From: an uncultured Actinomycetes bacterium
Lineage (GTDB): Bacteria > Actinomycetota > Thermoleophilia > Solirubrobacterales > 70-9
DNA length: 64,000 nt
Assembly: GCA_963740625.1 (NCBI GenBank)
Contig: CAVUEV010000006.1
Location: 30,957-94,956, forward strand
Reading direction: 5' to 3'
The notes beneath the pieces are model-generated. The model was not told where the DNA came from. It ran no database searches and saw nothing but the letters and a program-made list of their open reading frames with translations. The position numbers and the translations under genes were made by a program. This document shows, piece by piece, positions 18,647 through 26,132 of the stretch. How positions within the stretch are numbered: position 1 is the stretch's first letter; each line of letters starts with the position of its first letter.

Positions 18647-19660
18647 ATGCGCAAACTGATCAGCAGGAACTGGCAAGCGCTCGCGGTGGGCGCGATCGTC
18701 GCATCGGTGTCGATCATCGCCGCGGCCGGGGCCGCAAACCTGATCACGGGCCACGACATCAAGAACGGCTCGCTCAGGGGCAAGGATTTGCACAACAAGA
18801 CGCTTCGAGCGAAGAAGCTCCGGCCCGGATTGCTGGCGAAGATCAACGACGGCGGCCCACAGGGCGCGACCGGCCCCGCGGGCGCCACCGGAGCAACGGG
18901 CCCGCAAGGCACCGGCGGCGTCTCGATCGGCGGTGGAGGCGGGGGCGATCCCGTAACCGGTACGCACTGGGGCGTCATCGAGCGCAACACGATCGGTTCG
19001 CCAGTCGCGGCGCTCCGCTCAGGCCCTTACTTCCTGAACGCAAGCGGCTCCACCGTCGGACCGCCGCGGGGCGAGGGCAGCCTGGGGCTCGAGGTGAGCC
19101 GCTTCCCAAGCCCGACCCCGGATCCAACCGCGACGACCGAGAAGGTGGATTTCGGTGACGAGGTCGACTTCGCCGGCACGCCGATCAGCAGCCTGAACCA
19201 GGTCGCATACGACGTCTACCAGACCGGCGAGGACACGCAGGGCGTGGGTGACGCGAACAACCTGCCGAACATCACATTCGAGATCAACCCGCATGTGGCA
19301 GGCAAGTCCTACACGTCGATGGTGTTCACGCCGAATGCCGCCGCCTCGGGAGTCACACCGGGGCAGTGGAGCCACATCGACGCGGCCGCCGACGCGGTGT
19401 CCCCGGGCGGGTGGTACTTCAGCAACGGCTCCGTGGCGGCGGCCACGGGCTGTACCCAGGCTCACTTCTGCACTCTCTCCGAGGCCAAGCAGGCGCTGGT
19501 CGCCAACCACGACTCGAGCACGGGCGATGCCGCGATCTCGCTGTCCGTGGGTATCTCCAAGGGCCGCGACGACCCGTTTCAGGGCGCCGTCGATGACCTG
19601 CGGATCAACAACCAGGTCTTCAACTTCGAGCCCCTCGGAGTGCAGACCGAAGCTCCGTAG
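18647..19660 (+). CDS. membrane-anchored protein with short collagen-like segment and unassigned C-terminal domain
   Basis: N-terminal TM (ALAVGAIVASVSIIAAAGA), ITGHDIKNGSLRGKDLHNKTL stalk motif, GPQGATGPAGATGATGPQG triplets, Gly run, then about 230 aa ending DDLRINNQVFNFEP. Confidence 0.75.
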   Translation: MRKLISRNWQALAVGAIVASVSIIAAAGAANLITGHDIKNGSLRGKDLHNKTLRAKKLRPGLLAKINDGGPQGATGPAGATGATGPQGTGGVSIGGGGGGDPVTGTHWGVIERNTIGSPVAALRSGPYFLNASGSTVGPPRGEGSLGLEVSRFPSPTPDPTATTEKVDFGDEVDFAGTPISSLNQVAYDVYQTGEDTQGVGDANNLPNITFEINPHVAGKSYTSMVFTPNAAASGVTPGQWSHIDAAADAVSPGGWYFSNGSVAAATGCTQAHFCTLSEAKQALVANHDSSTGDAAISLSVGISKGRDDPFQGAVDDLRINNQVFNFEPLGVQTEAP

Positions 19661-19682
19661 AGCACCCACACGCACGAGTTCC

Positions 19683-19717
19683 ACGAACGGCCCGCGACGC
19701 GGGCCGTTCGTCTTATT
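19683..19717 (+). terminator. rho-independent terminator
   Basis: ACGAACGGCCCGCG-A-CGCGGGCCGTTCGT hairpin followed by CTTATT, 23 nt after the stop at 19660. Confidence 0.8.
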
Positions 19718-19761
19718 GCACGGCATTCAAGCGGCGGCGCGCGGCTGTCGAAGAGGGGTCC

Positions 19762-20199
19762 GTGAAGCGAATTGCCGCACTCGCGGCCATCGGCGTGTCC
19801 GCGGCGCTACTCAGCGCCTCGTCGAGCGCGTCCGTCGACACCGTCAAGCGAGAGGTCAGGCGCCCCTGCTCGGGTGGCTGCAACGTGGGGATCTTCGCCT
19901 CGTCGAAGCCGAAGCACTGGGTCTCCTCCGAGCGCCTTCGCGGCGATGTTCGCGTCAGCGTCCTGAACCAGGGCCACAAGCTCGCCCCCAGCTATTACCG
20001 GCACGGCAACGAGCTGTGCGTCGCCTACTTCTCGGGATACGGCGCGACGGCGAAGGTGAACGTCTGCGGTGAGCCCTACCACGTCCGCGTCACGGCGCAG
20101 GCGTTCAAGGACCACACCCCGCTGCACATCCGCTACCGAGCGGTCTATCCGGGCGCCGCGGGTAAGCGACTCAGCAGCCCGTTCACCGCCCGCCAGTAG
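19762..20199 (+). CDS. small secreted Cys-containing hypothetical protein
   Basis: Signal peptide MKRIAALAAIGVSAALLSASSSASV. 145 aa, 4 Cys. 3' end overlaps the convergent GT2 gene by about 55 nt. Confidence 0.55.
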   Translation: MKRIAALAAIGVSAALLSASSSASVDTVKREVRRPCSGGCNVGIFASSKPKHWVSSERLRGDVRVSVLNQGHKLAPSYYRHGNELCVAYFSGYGATAKVNVCGEPYHVRVTAQAFKDHTPLHIRYRAVYPGAAGKRLSSPFTARQ

Positions 20200-21197
20200 G
20201 CGCGCAACAGCGCCCGCAGCGCCCGCGAGCGCGACGCCGCGCCGAGGTAGGCGGAGTCGAGGTCGGGAGTGAGCGCGGCGGCGAACTCGGCGGCGCCGAT
20301 CGTCCTCGTCGACTGGATCTCGCGGCGCTCCCCGAGCACTCGCGGCAACCGCCGCAGCGTGTCCCCGAGCGCCCGCAGCCGCGCGCCCGCCCAGCCGCCG
20401 GCAATCGCCACGGGCCACAGCGCGAGGTCGGTCGCGATGAGCGCCGGCATGACCAGCGCGAGCAGCGCCGCCGGGTAGGTGCGAAGGATCGTCGCCCAGC
20501 GGTTTCGCTCCAAATAGCGCCACTTGGCGGCGCCGCGGTCGAACTCGTAGTCGTGGTCGGCGCGCGCGCCATCCGCGACTCCGAGCCGGCCTCCCGCCAG
20601 GCGGACCCGCAGCGAGAGGTCGACGTCCTCCTGGTAGAGGAAGAAGTTCTCGGCGAACCCGCCGAGCCCCGCGAAACGCTCGCGGGGGATCGCGAGGCAC
20701 GCTCCCGACACGAAGCCCGGCTCGGTCGCGCCGGCATCGCGGGCGGCGGCGACCGGCTCGCCGGCCCCCCCGGCCCAGGCGATGCCGGTGAAGTGGACGA
20801 CGCCGCCGCGGGTGTTGACCACGCGGCCCTCCTCCGCGGTCACGAGGCCCTGCCAGGCGGCCCACCGCCCGTCGCGAAGCGGCGCCGCGATCGCATCGCG
20901 AAACCCGGGCTGGACGACGGCGTCGGGGTTGAGGAAGACGAGGAGGTCGCCGCGGGCAGCGGCCGCGCCCCGGTTGTTGCCGGCCCCGTAGCCGAGGTTC
21001 GCCCCGGCCTCGATCACCGTCGCCTCGGGCGCCAGCTCGCGGGCGCGGTCCGCGGAGCCGTCCGTCGAGGCGTTGTCGACGACGATCAGCTCGTCATCGG
21101 GGGCGAGCTCGCGGACCAGTGCCGGGAGCGCGTGATCGAGGGCGTCGGCGCTCTCGTGGGCGACGACGACGACGGAGACCCGAATGCGTTGGGTCAG
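20145..21197 (-). CDS. glycosyltransferase family 2; start codon unresolved
   Basis: Listed ORF begins at a GTG (21017). The same open frame upstream encodes the GT-A N-terminus (RVSVVVVAHESADAL...LIVVDNASTDGS), followed by LGYGAGNN and NPD. No ATG/GTG/TTG lies upstream in frame; CTG at 21197 overlaps the upstream stop. Confidence 0.75.
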   Translation of the reverse strand: MTQRIRVSVVVVAHESADALDHALPALVRELAPDDELIVVDNASTDGSADRARELAPEATVIEAGANLGYGAGNNRGAAAARGDLLVFLNPDAVVQPGFRDAIAAPLRDGRWAAWQGLVTAEEGRVVNTRGGVVHFTGIAWAGGAGEPVAAARDAGATEPGFVSGACLAIPRERFAGLGGFAENFFLYQEDVDLSLRVRLAGGRLGVADGARADHDYEFDRGAAKWRYLERNRWATILRTYPAALLALVMPALIATDLALWPVAIAGGWAGARLRALGDTLRRLPRVLGERREIQSTRTIGAAEFAAALTPDLDSAYLGAASRSRALRALLRAYWRAVNGLLSRLPAAPG

Positions 21198-21580
21198 TCG
21201 AGCGCCTCGAGGATCGTCGCGGTGTCGGTGTAGGCGTGCGCCGACGTGACCCGCCCATCCCGCAGCTGGTAGAGCCAGAGGACATCGACCTCGAGCGGCT
21301 TGCCCGCCTGCGTCTTCCCGCTCGCGTGCGCGAGGACCGTCACGTGGTTGTCGTCGGAACCGAGGATCTTGGCCGGGCGAACCTTCAGGTCCTTGAACGA
21401 CCCGTTGAGGAGATCCGCGAAGTCACGAAAGCCGTCCGGGCCAACGTGCGTCCCGCCCCAGGGAAGAGGGTCGGGCGCCATCACCTCCGCGTCGTCGGCG
21501 AAGTGGTTCGCCGCCTTATCGACATCCCCGTTGCCGAAGGCGTCCCAGATCCCCTGGATCACATCCACGTTGTCGGCCAT
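21194..21580 (-). CDS. SnoaL-like / NTF2-fold protein
   Basis: MADNVDVIQGIWDAFGNGDVDKAANHFADDAEV is a typical SnoaL_2 N-terminus. ATG at 21580 chosen because the listed ORF start would run into the tRNA. Confidence 0.75.
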   Translation of the reverse strand: MADNVDVIQGIWDAFGNGDVDKAANHFADDAEVMAPDPLPWGGTHVGPDGFRDFADLLNGSFKDLKVRPAKILGSDDNHVTVLAHASGKTQAGKPLEVDVLWLYQLRDGRVTSAHAYTDTATILEALD

Positions 21581-21625
21581 ACCGGTCCCCCGATCCCTAT
21601 CAGTTCCTGGGCGCCTGAGGCGCAA

Positions 21626-21698
21626 AGCCGGCGAGCGGACTTGAACCGCTGACCCCTTCATTACGAGTGAAGTGCTCTACCAGCTGAGCTACGCCGGC
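21626..21698 (-). tRNA. tRNA-Thr (anticodon CGT)
   Basis: Hand-folded on the minus strand: GCCGGCG-TA-GCTC-AGCTGGTA-GAGC-A-CTTCA-CTCGTAA-TGAAG-GGGTC-AGCGG-TTCAAGT-CCGCT-CGCCGGC-T (73 nt). Confidence 0.9.
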
Positions 21699-21721
21699 AC
21701 GTCGGCGGGAGTGTAAGTCGA

Positions 21722-21741
21722 GGAGCTTTAGCTCCGAAACC
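21722..21741 (+). repeat. 20-nt hairpin motif GGAGCTTTAGCTCCGAAACC
   Basis: Two related copies lie in the opposite orientation at 22512-22530 and 22547-22566, so the motif brackets the response-regulator gene. Confidence 0.4.
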
Positions 21742-21743
21742 AC

Positions 21744-22451
21744 CTACTCGCCCTCCGCGAGGCGGTAGCCGACGCCCCGCACCGTGAGGACGAGCTCGGG
21801 GTCCTGAGGATCGCGCTCGATCTTCTGGCGCAGGTTGGAGATGTGGACGTCGCAGGCGCGGACGTCGCCCGAGAACTCGGACTGCCACAGCTCCTCCATG
21901 ATCTCCCGGCGGCTGAAGACCTGGCCGGGACGCTCGGCGAGCAGCCGCAGCACCTGGAACTCCGAGCGCGTGAGGTTCACGGGCTCGCCACGGACCGTGA
22001 CCAGGTGACGGGCGAGGTCGATGCGCACGGCGCCGGCATCGAGGCTCTTGGCGTCGCGGTCGGAGACGCCGCGGTCGAGCTCGCGGCGCCGCAGCTGGGC
22101 ACGGACGCGCCCGAGGAGCTCGCGGACCGAGAACGGCTTGGTGACGTAGTCGTCGGCGCCGACCTCGAGCCCCACCACCTTGTCCACCTCCGCGTCCTTC
22201 GCGGTGAGGAGGATGATCGGAACCGGGCTGCGCGCGCGCACGTCGCGGCAGAGGTCGAGGCCGCTGCGGCCCGGCATCATGATGTCGAGGATCAGCAGGT
22301 CGAAACCGAGCCCGCTCTCGGTGAGCTTGCCGTCGGCGTCGTCGCCGTCGACGGCGACGGTGACGTCGAAGCCCTCCTGCTGGAGCGCGTAGCCGACGGC
22401 GTCGCGGACCGAGGGCTCGTCGTCGGCGACCAGTATGCGGCCGGAGCTCAT
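21744..22451 (-). CDS. OmpR-family response regulator
   Basis: Receiver domain (ILVADDEPSVRDAV, LLILDIMMPG, KPF) plus winged-helix output (LTRSEFQVLRLL, RGVGYRL). ATG at 22451. Confidence 0.9.
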   Translation of the reverse strand: MSSGRILVADDEPSVRDAVGYALQQEGFDVTVAVDGDDADGKLTESGLGFDLLILDIMMPGRSGLDLCRDVRARSPVPIILLTAKDAEVDKVVGLEVGADDYVTKPFSVRELLGRVRAQLRRRELDRGVSDRDAKSLDAGAVRIDLARHLVTVRGEPVNLTRSEFQVLRLLAERPGQVFSRREIMEELWQSEFSGDVRACDVHISNLRQKIERDPQDPELVLTVRGVGYRLAEGE

Positions 22452-22569
22452 CACGAATGACCTGCGGCGGCTTCGCCGCCGAACCATCTGCGGGCTGCGC
22501 CCTTACATGCTGCTTTCGGGGCAAAGCCCCTCAACCCAAACCTGCCGGTTTCGGTGCTAAAGCACCTCA

Positions 22570-24394
22570 TCACGCCACCGGAGTGGGAGCCGGTTGCGCC
22601 GCTGGCAGCCGCACCCAGAAGGTGCTGCCGACGCCCACCTCGGAGCGGACGCCGATCTCCCCGCCCATGACGTCGACCATCCGCTTCGCGATCGAAAGCC
22701 CGAGGCCGAATCCCTCCTGCTCGAGGGACCCGGATCCGCGGTAGAAGCGCTCGAACACGCGTCCGACCTCGTCGGGGGATATGCCCTTGCCGGTGTCGGA
22801 GACTTCGATCAAGACCTGCTCTTCCTGCTCTTCGGCTTCCCTGCGGGCGCCAAGCGTAACCGTGCCCGGCGGTGACGTGTTCTTGAAGGCGTTGGTGAGG
22901 AGGCCGATGAGGATCTGGCGAAGCAGGAGCGAGTCGCCCGCGGCCACGAGGTCGTCCTCGACGTCGATGACCAGGTCGACCCCTTCTTCCCCCGTGACGA
23001 CCTGAGCCGCCTCGGTGGCGGCGAGGTGGACATCGAGCGGCTCGGAGGCGCCCTCGCTCACCGCCTCCATGCGGGCCAGGGTGAGCAGCGACTGCGTCAG
23101 GCGGGTGATCCGCTCGGCGTCGGCGGCAAGCCGCGTGAGGAAGTGCTCCCGCGCCTCGGGATCGTCCTTGGCGCCGCCGCGCAGCACCTCAATCGCACCG
23201 GAGATCCCGGCGATCGGGTTGCGGAGCTCGTGAGCGGCGTTGGAGACGAAGTCGCGCTCGGCGATACCGCGGCGAAGCTCCTCGGTGCGGTCGCGGACGA
23301 CCGCGAGGACCGCCCCCTCGGCGGGCAGCTTGGTCATCGCGAGCGCGTACACCTTGTCGCCGATGCGGATGCCGTCGCTCTCCGCGGAGCCGCGGCTGAG
23401 CGCCCGCCGCACCCACGGCATGAGCGCCTCGATGACCTTGTCGTCGGCGAGGACGAGGTCTTCCGCCGCGGGGTTTCGAAAGCGCGACTCGCCGTCCGCC
23501 CCGGCCACGATCACCGCCTCGTCGAGAGCGTCGAAGATCGCGGTGAGACGGTCGCGCTCCGAGCGCAGGGCCCCGAACGTCTCGCGAAGGGCGGCCCGCA
23601 TGGTCTCGAGCGCCCGTCCGAGGTCGGTGATCTCGTCGCGGCCGCCGGCCCCCTCGAGCGGCTCGTCGAGCCGGCCCTCGCTGATCCGCGCCGCGCTGTC
23701 GGCAAGGCGCTTGACCCTGGTGGTGATGGCGTTGGCGATCAGCGCGCCGAGCACGACCGCCACGAGCACCGCAACGACCGCCGCCGTCAGCTGATCGCCG
23801 CGCAGGGCGTTGAGCGCCTTGGTGACGGTGTCGGCGCGCTCGGCGCGCACCAGGACCGCCCCCGAGGGCTGGCCGTTGTGGAAGAGCGGAAGCGAGACGA
23901 TCGTGACCGACCCCGGCAGGTCGACCACGGACCGGGTTCCCGAAAGTCCCGCCCGGATCGCGACGGAGCGGCTCGGCAGCTCGTGAAAGTTCAAGCCGTT
24001 GACGATCGCCGGCGTCTCCAGGTGACCGAGCGCATCCACCGCCCACGCCGAGAAGGCTGGGGTCGATGGCCGACGCGATGACCCGCTTCACGCCGCTCGG
24101 GTCCTGGCGGCCGATCCGGTCGGCGAGCTTGATGGTCCGCCCGACGGCAATCGCGGACGAGCTCGACCGGGCTGCGTCGCTGGAGGAGCCGCTGGCGAGC
24201 ACGTACGTGAGGCCCGCGGCGATCAGCGCGACCGCCGCGAACGCGAGCGCGAGGTAGAGCCGGACTCCGCCGAAGCGGCGGGTGGCGCGCCGCCGGGTCG
24301 CCCGCTCTCCGATCGGGTGCGGGTGGTCGAGCGTCAGGCGGTCCGTGCGGCGCCGAAGGCGTGATTGCCGGGTGGGCCCTTCGGGGGGAATCAT
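22570..24394 (-). pseudogene. sensor histidine kinase (TM1-sensor-TM2-HAMP-HisKA-HATPase), one frame interruption
   Basis: H-box FVSNAAHELRNP, N/G boxes (LLTNAFKNT, DTGKGI, GFGLGLSI). TM1 and the start of the sensor domain are encoded from ATG 24394 in a different frame from the rest. The frames meet at a C4/G4 run at 24059-24062. Confidence 0.8.
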
Positions 24395-25509
24395 CTTGCG
24401 CTCAGCAGAGCCTCGAGGCGGAAGGCGAGCGTCTCAAGGGCAAGTTCCTCGCCTACGTTAACCCGCAACCGGCGCCTTGTGTCCATCACCACCTCCCCGG
24501 CACGTCGCGCCCGCCGCGCGTCGATGCCGTCCGCTCCGGCACGCAGCTCGTCCAGGCGGTCGCAGTTCTGGATGAGCTCCTCGGCTCCGCTCGCGACCGC
24601 GACGAGGTCGCGCAGCCAGGCGCCCGCCAGGGCGAGGGACGTGTCCAGAGCCGCCGTTCGTGCCTGGCGCGCGGCGCGCCGGACCGCCTCCTCGGCCGCC
24701 CGCTGCCCGCGGCTCTCCCCGGCCGCGTCGGCGGCCGCCGCAAGCTCCTCGCGCGCTCGCTCCGCCGCCTGCGCGCCGGCGTCGTCGGCAATCGCGAGGA
24801 GCCGCGCCCACGGCGTCCCGCTCAGGTCCCCGTCGCGCGCGGCGGTGACCAGCGCCGGCGCCGCGTCGCGAAGCTCGCTTCCCGGCGCCACGAGGAGCTC
24901 CGCCGCCAGCCTCGGGTCGTTGCCCGCCAGCCGCGCCGCCGCGCGGCGGGAGTCCACGGCGGCGTCCGGGGCGAGCTCGGCGAGGCGCGCCTCGACCGCG
25001 GCCAGGGGCAGGGCGTTGAAGCGAACGGGCTGGCAGCGCGAGCGAACCGTCTCGAGGATCGCCGCCGGCTCGGAGCTCAGGAGCAGGAGATGGGCGAACG
25101 GAGCCGGCTCCTCGAGCGTCTTCAGCAGCGCGTTCTGACTCTCCTCCGCCATCGCCTCGGCGTCTTCGATCACGAACACGCGCCGCTCCGCCTCGAACGG
25201 CCGATACGCCGCGGCCGCGATCACCCGCGAGCGGATCTCGTCGACCAGGTGCTGCATCCCCGGTGGCCGCACCCAGGTCAGGTCCGGGTGGGGCGATGGG
25301 TCGGCAAGGGCCCGGCGTCGCGCGTCGGCGGGGTCCCCGGCGCCCGCCGCGAGGATCTCGGCCGCGAATGCCCTTGCGGCCATGCCCTTGCCGGCGCCGC
25401 GAGGGCCGCTGAACAGGTAGGCGTGCGAGGGCGCCGAGACGGCGGCGCGCAGGGCAACCCGCGCGCCGGGCTGGTGCTCGGTTGCCGCCGCGAGCGGCTC
25501 GTGGCTCAT
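24391..25509 (-). CDS. holB: DNA polymerase III subunit delta'
   Basis: HAYLFSGPRGAGKGMAARAFA, QNALLKTLEEP, SRCQ motif. Stop overlaps the kinase ATG (ATGA). Confidence 0.85.
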   Translation of the reverse strand: MSHEPLAAATEHQPGARVALRAAVSAPSHAYLFSGPRGAGKGMAARAFAAEILAAGAGDPADARRRALADPSPHPDLTWVRPPGMQHLVDEIRSRVIAAAAYRPFEAERRVFVIEDAEAMAEESQNALLKTLEEPAPFAHLLLLSSEPAAILETVRSRCQPVRFNALPLAAVEARLAELAPDAAVDSRRAAARLAGNDPRLAAELLVAPGSELRDAAPALVTAARDGDLSGTPWARLLAIADDAGAQAAERAREELAAAADAAGESRGQRAAEEAVRRAARQARTAALDTSLALAGAWLRDLVAVASGAEELIQNCDRLDELRAGADGIDARRARRAGEVVMDTRRRLRVNVGEELALETLAFRLEALLSAR

Positions 25510-26123
25510 CCGCGCCTCGCTCCGACCGCGGCCATCACCCGCTCGTGGACCTCCTCGGGGGCGCCCTCGGCGTCGATCACGACGATTCGCTCGGGGTGGC
25601 GGCGAGCCAGCTCGTCGTAGGCCTCGGCGACGGCGCGCTGAAAGCCGGGGCCGGCGCGCTCGAACCGGTCCGCGCCATCCACCTCGCCGGCCGCGAGCCG
25701 CTGCTGGCCCCGCGCCTCGGCGCGGTCGGGATCGATGCGCAGCAGCAGGGTGAGCTCGGGAACCTGCCCCTGCGTCACCCTCGCGTTGAACTCCTCGACG
25801 TGCTCGACGCCGAGGCCGCCGGCGGCGCCCTGGTAGGCGACGCTCGAGTCGATGAAGCGGTCGCAGATCACGTCTCGGCCCGCCTCGAGCGCCGGGACGA
25901 TGACGTCGCCCATGAGCTGGCCCCGAGCGGCCGAGAAGAGCAGGAGCTCGATGCCGGCCCCGAACTCGAGCTCGGGGTCCTTGAGGATGTCCCTGATTCG
26001 CTCCCCGAGCGGGGTGCCGCCGGGCTCGCGCAGCGCCAGCGTGTCCGGGCCCAGCGCCTCGGCCAGCAGCGCAGCCTGCGTGGTCTTGCCCGAACGGTCG
26101 ATGCCCTCGAGCGTGATGAACAC
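25506..26123 (-). CDS. tmk: thymidylate kinase
   Basis: MFITLEGIDRSGKTTQ P-loop, DRF, lid region. 4-nt overlap with holB. Confidence 0.95.
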   Translation of the reverse strand: MFITLEGIDRSGKTTQAALLAEALGPDTLALREPGGTPLGERIRDILKDPELEFGAGIELLLFSAARGQLMGDVIVPALEAGRDVICDRFIDSSVAYQGAAGGLGVEHVEEFNARVTQGQVPELTLLLRIDPDRAEARGQQRLAAGEVDGADRFERAGPGFQRAVAEAYDELARRHPERIVVIDAEGAPEEVHERVMAAVGARRG

Positions 26124-26132
26124 GGGCGGGCG

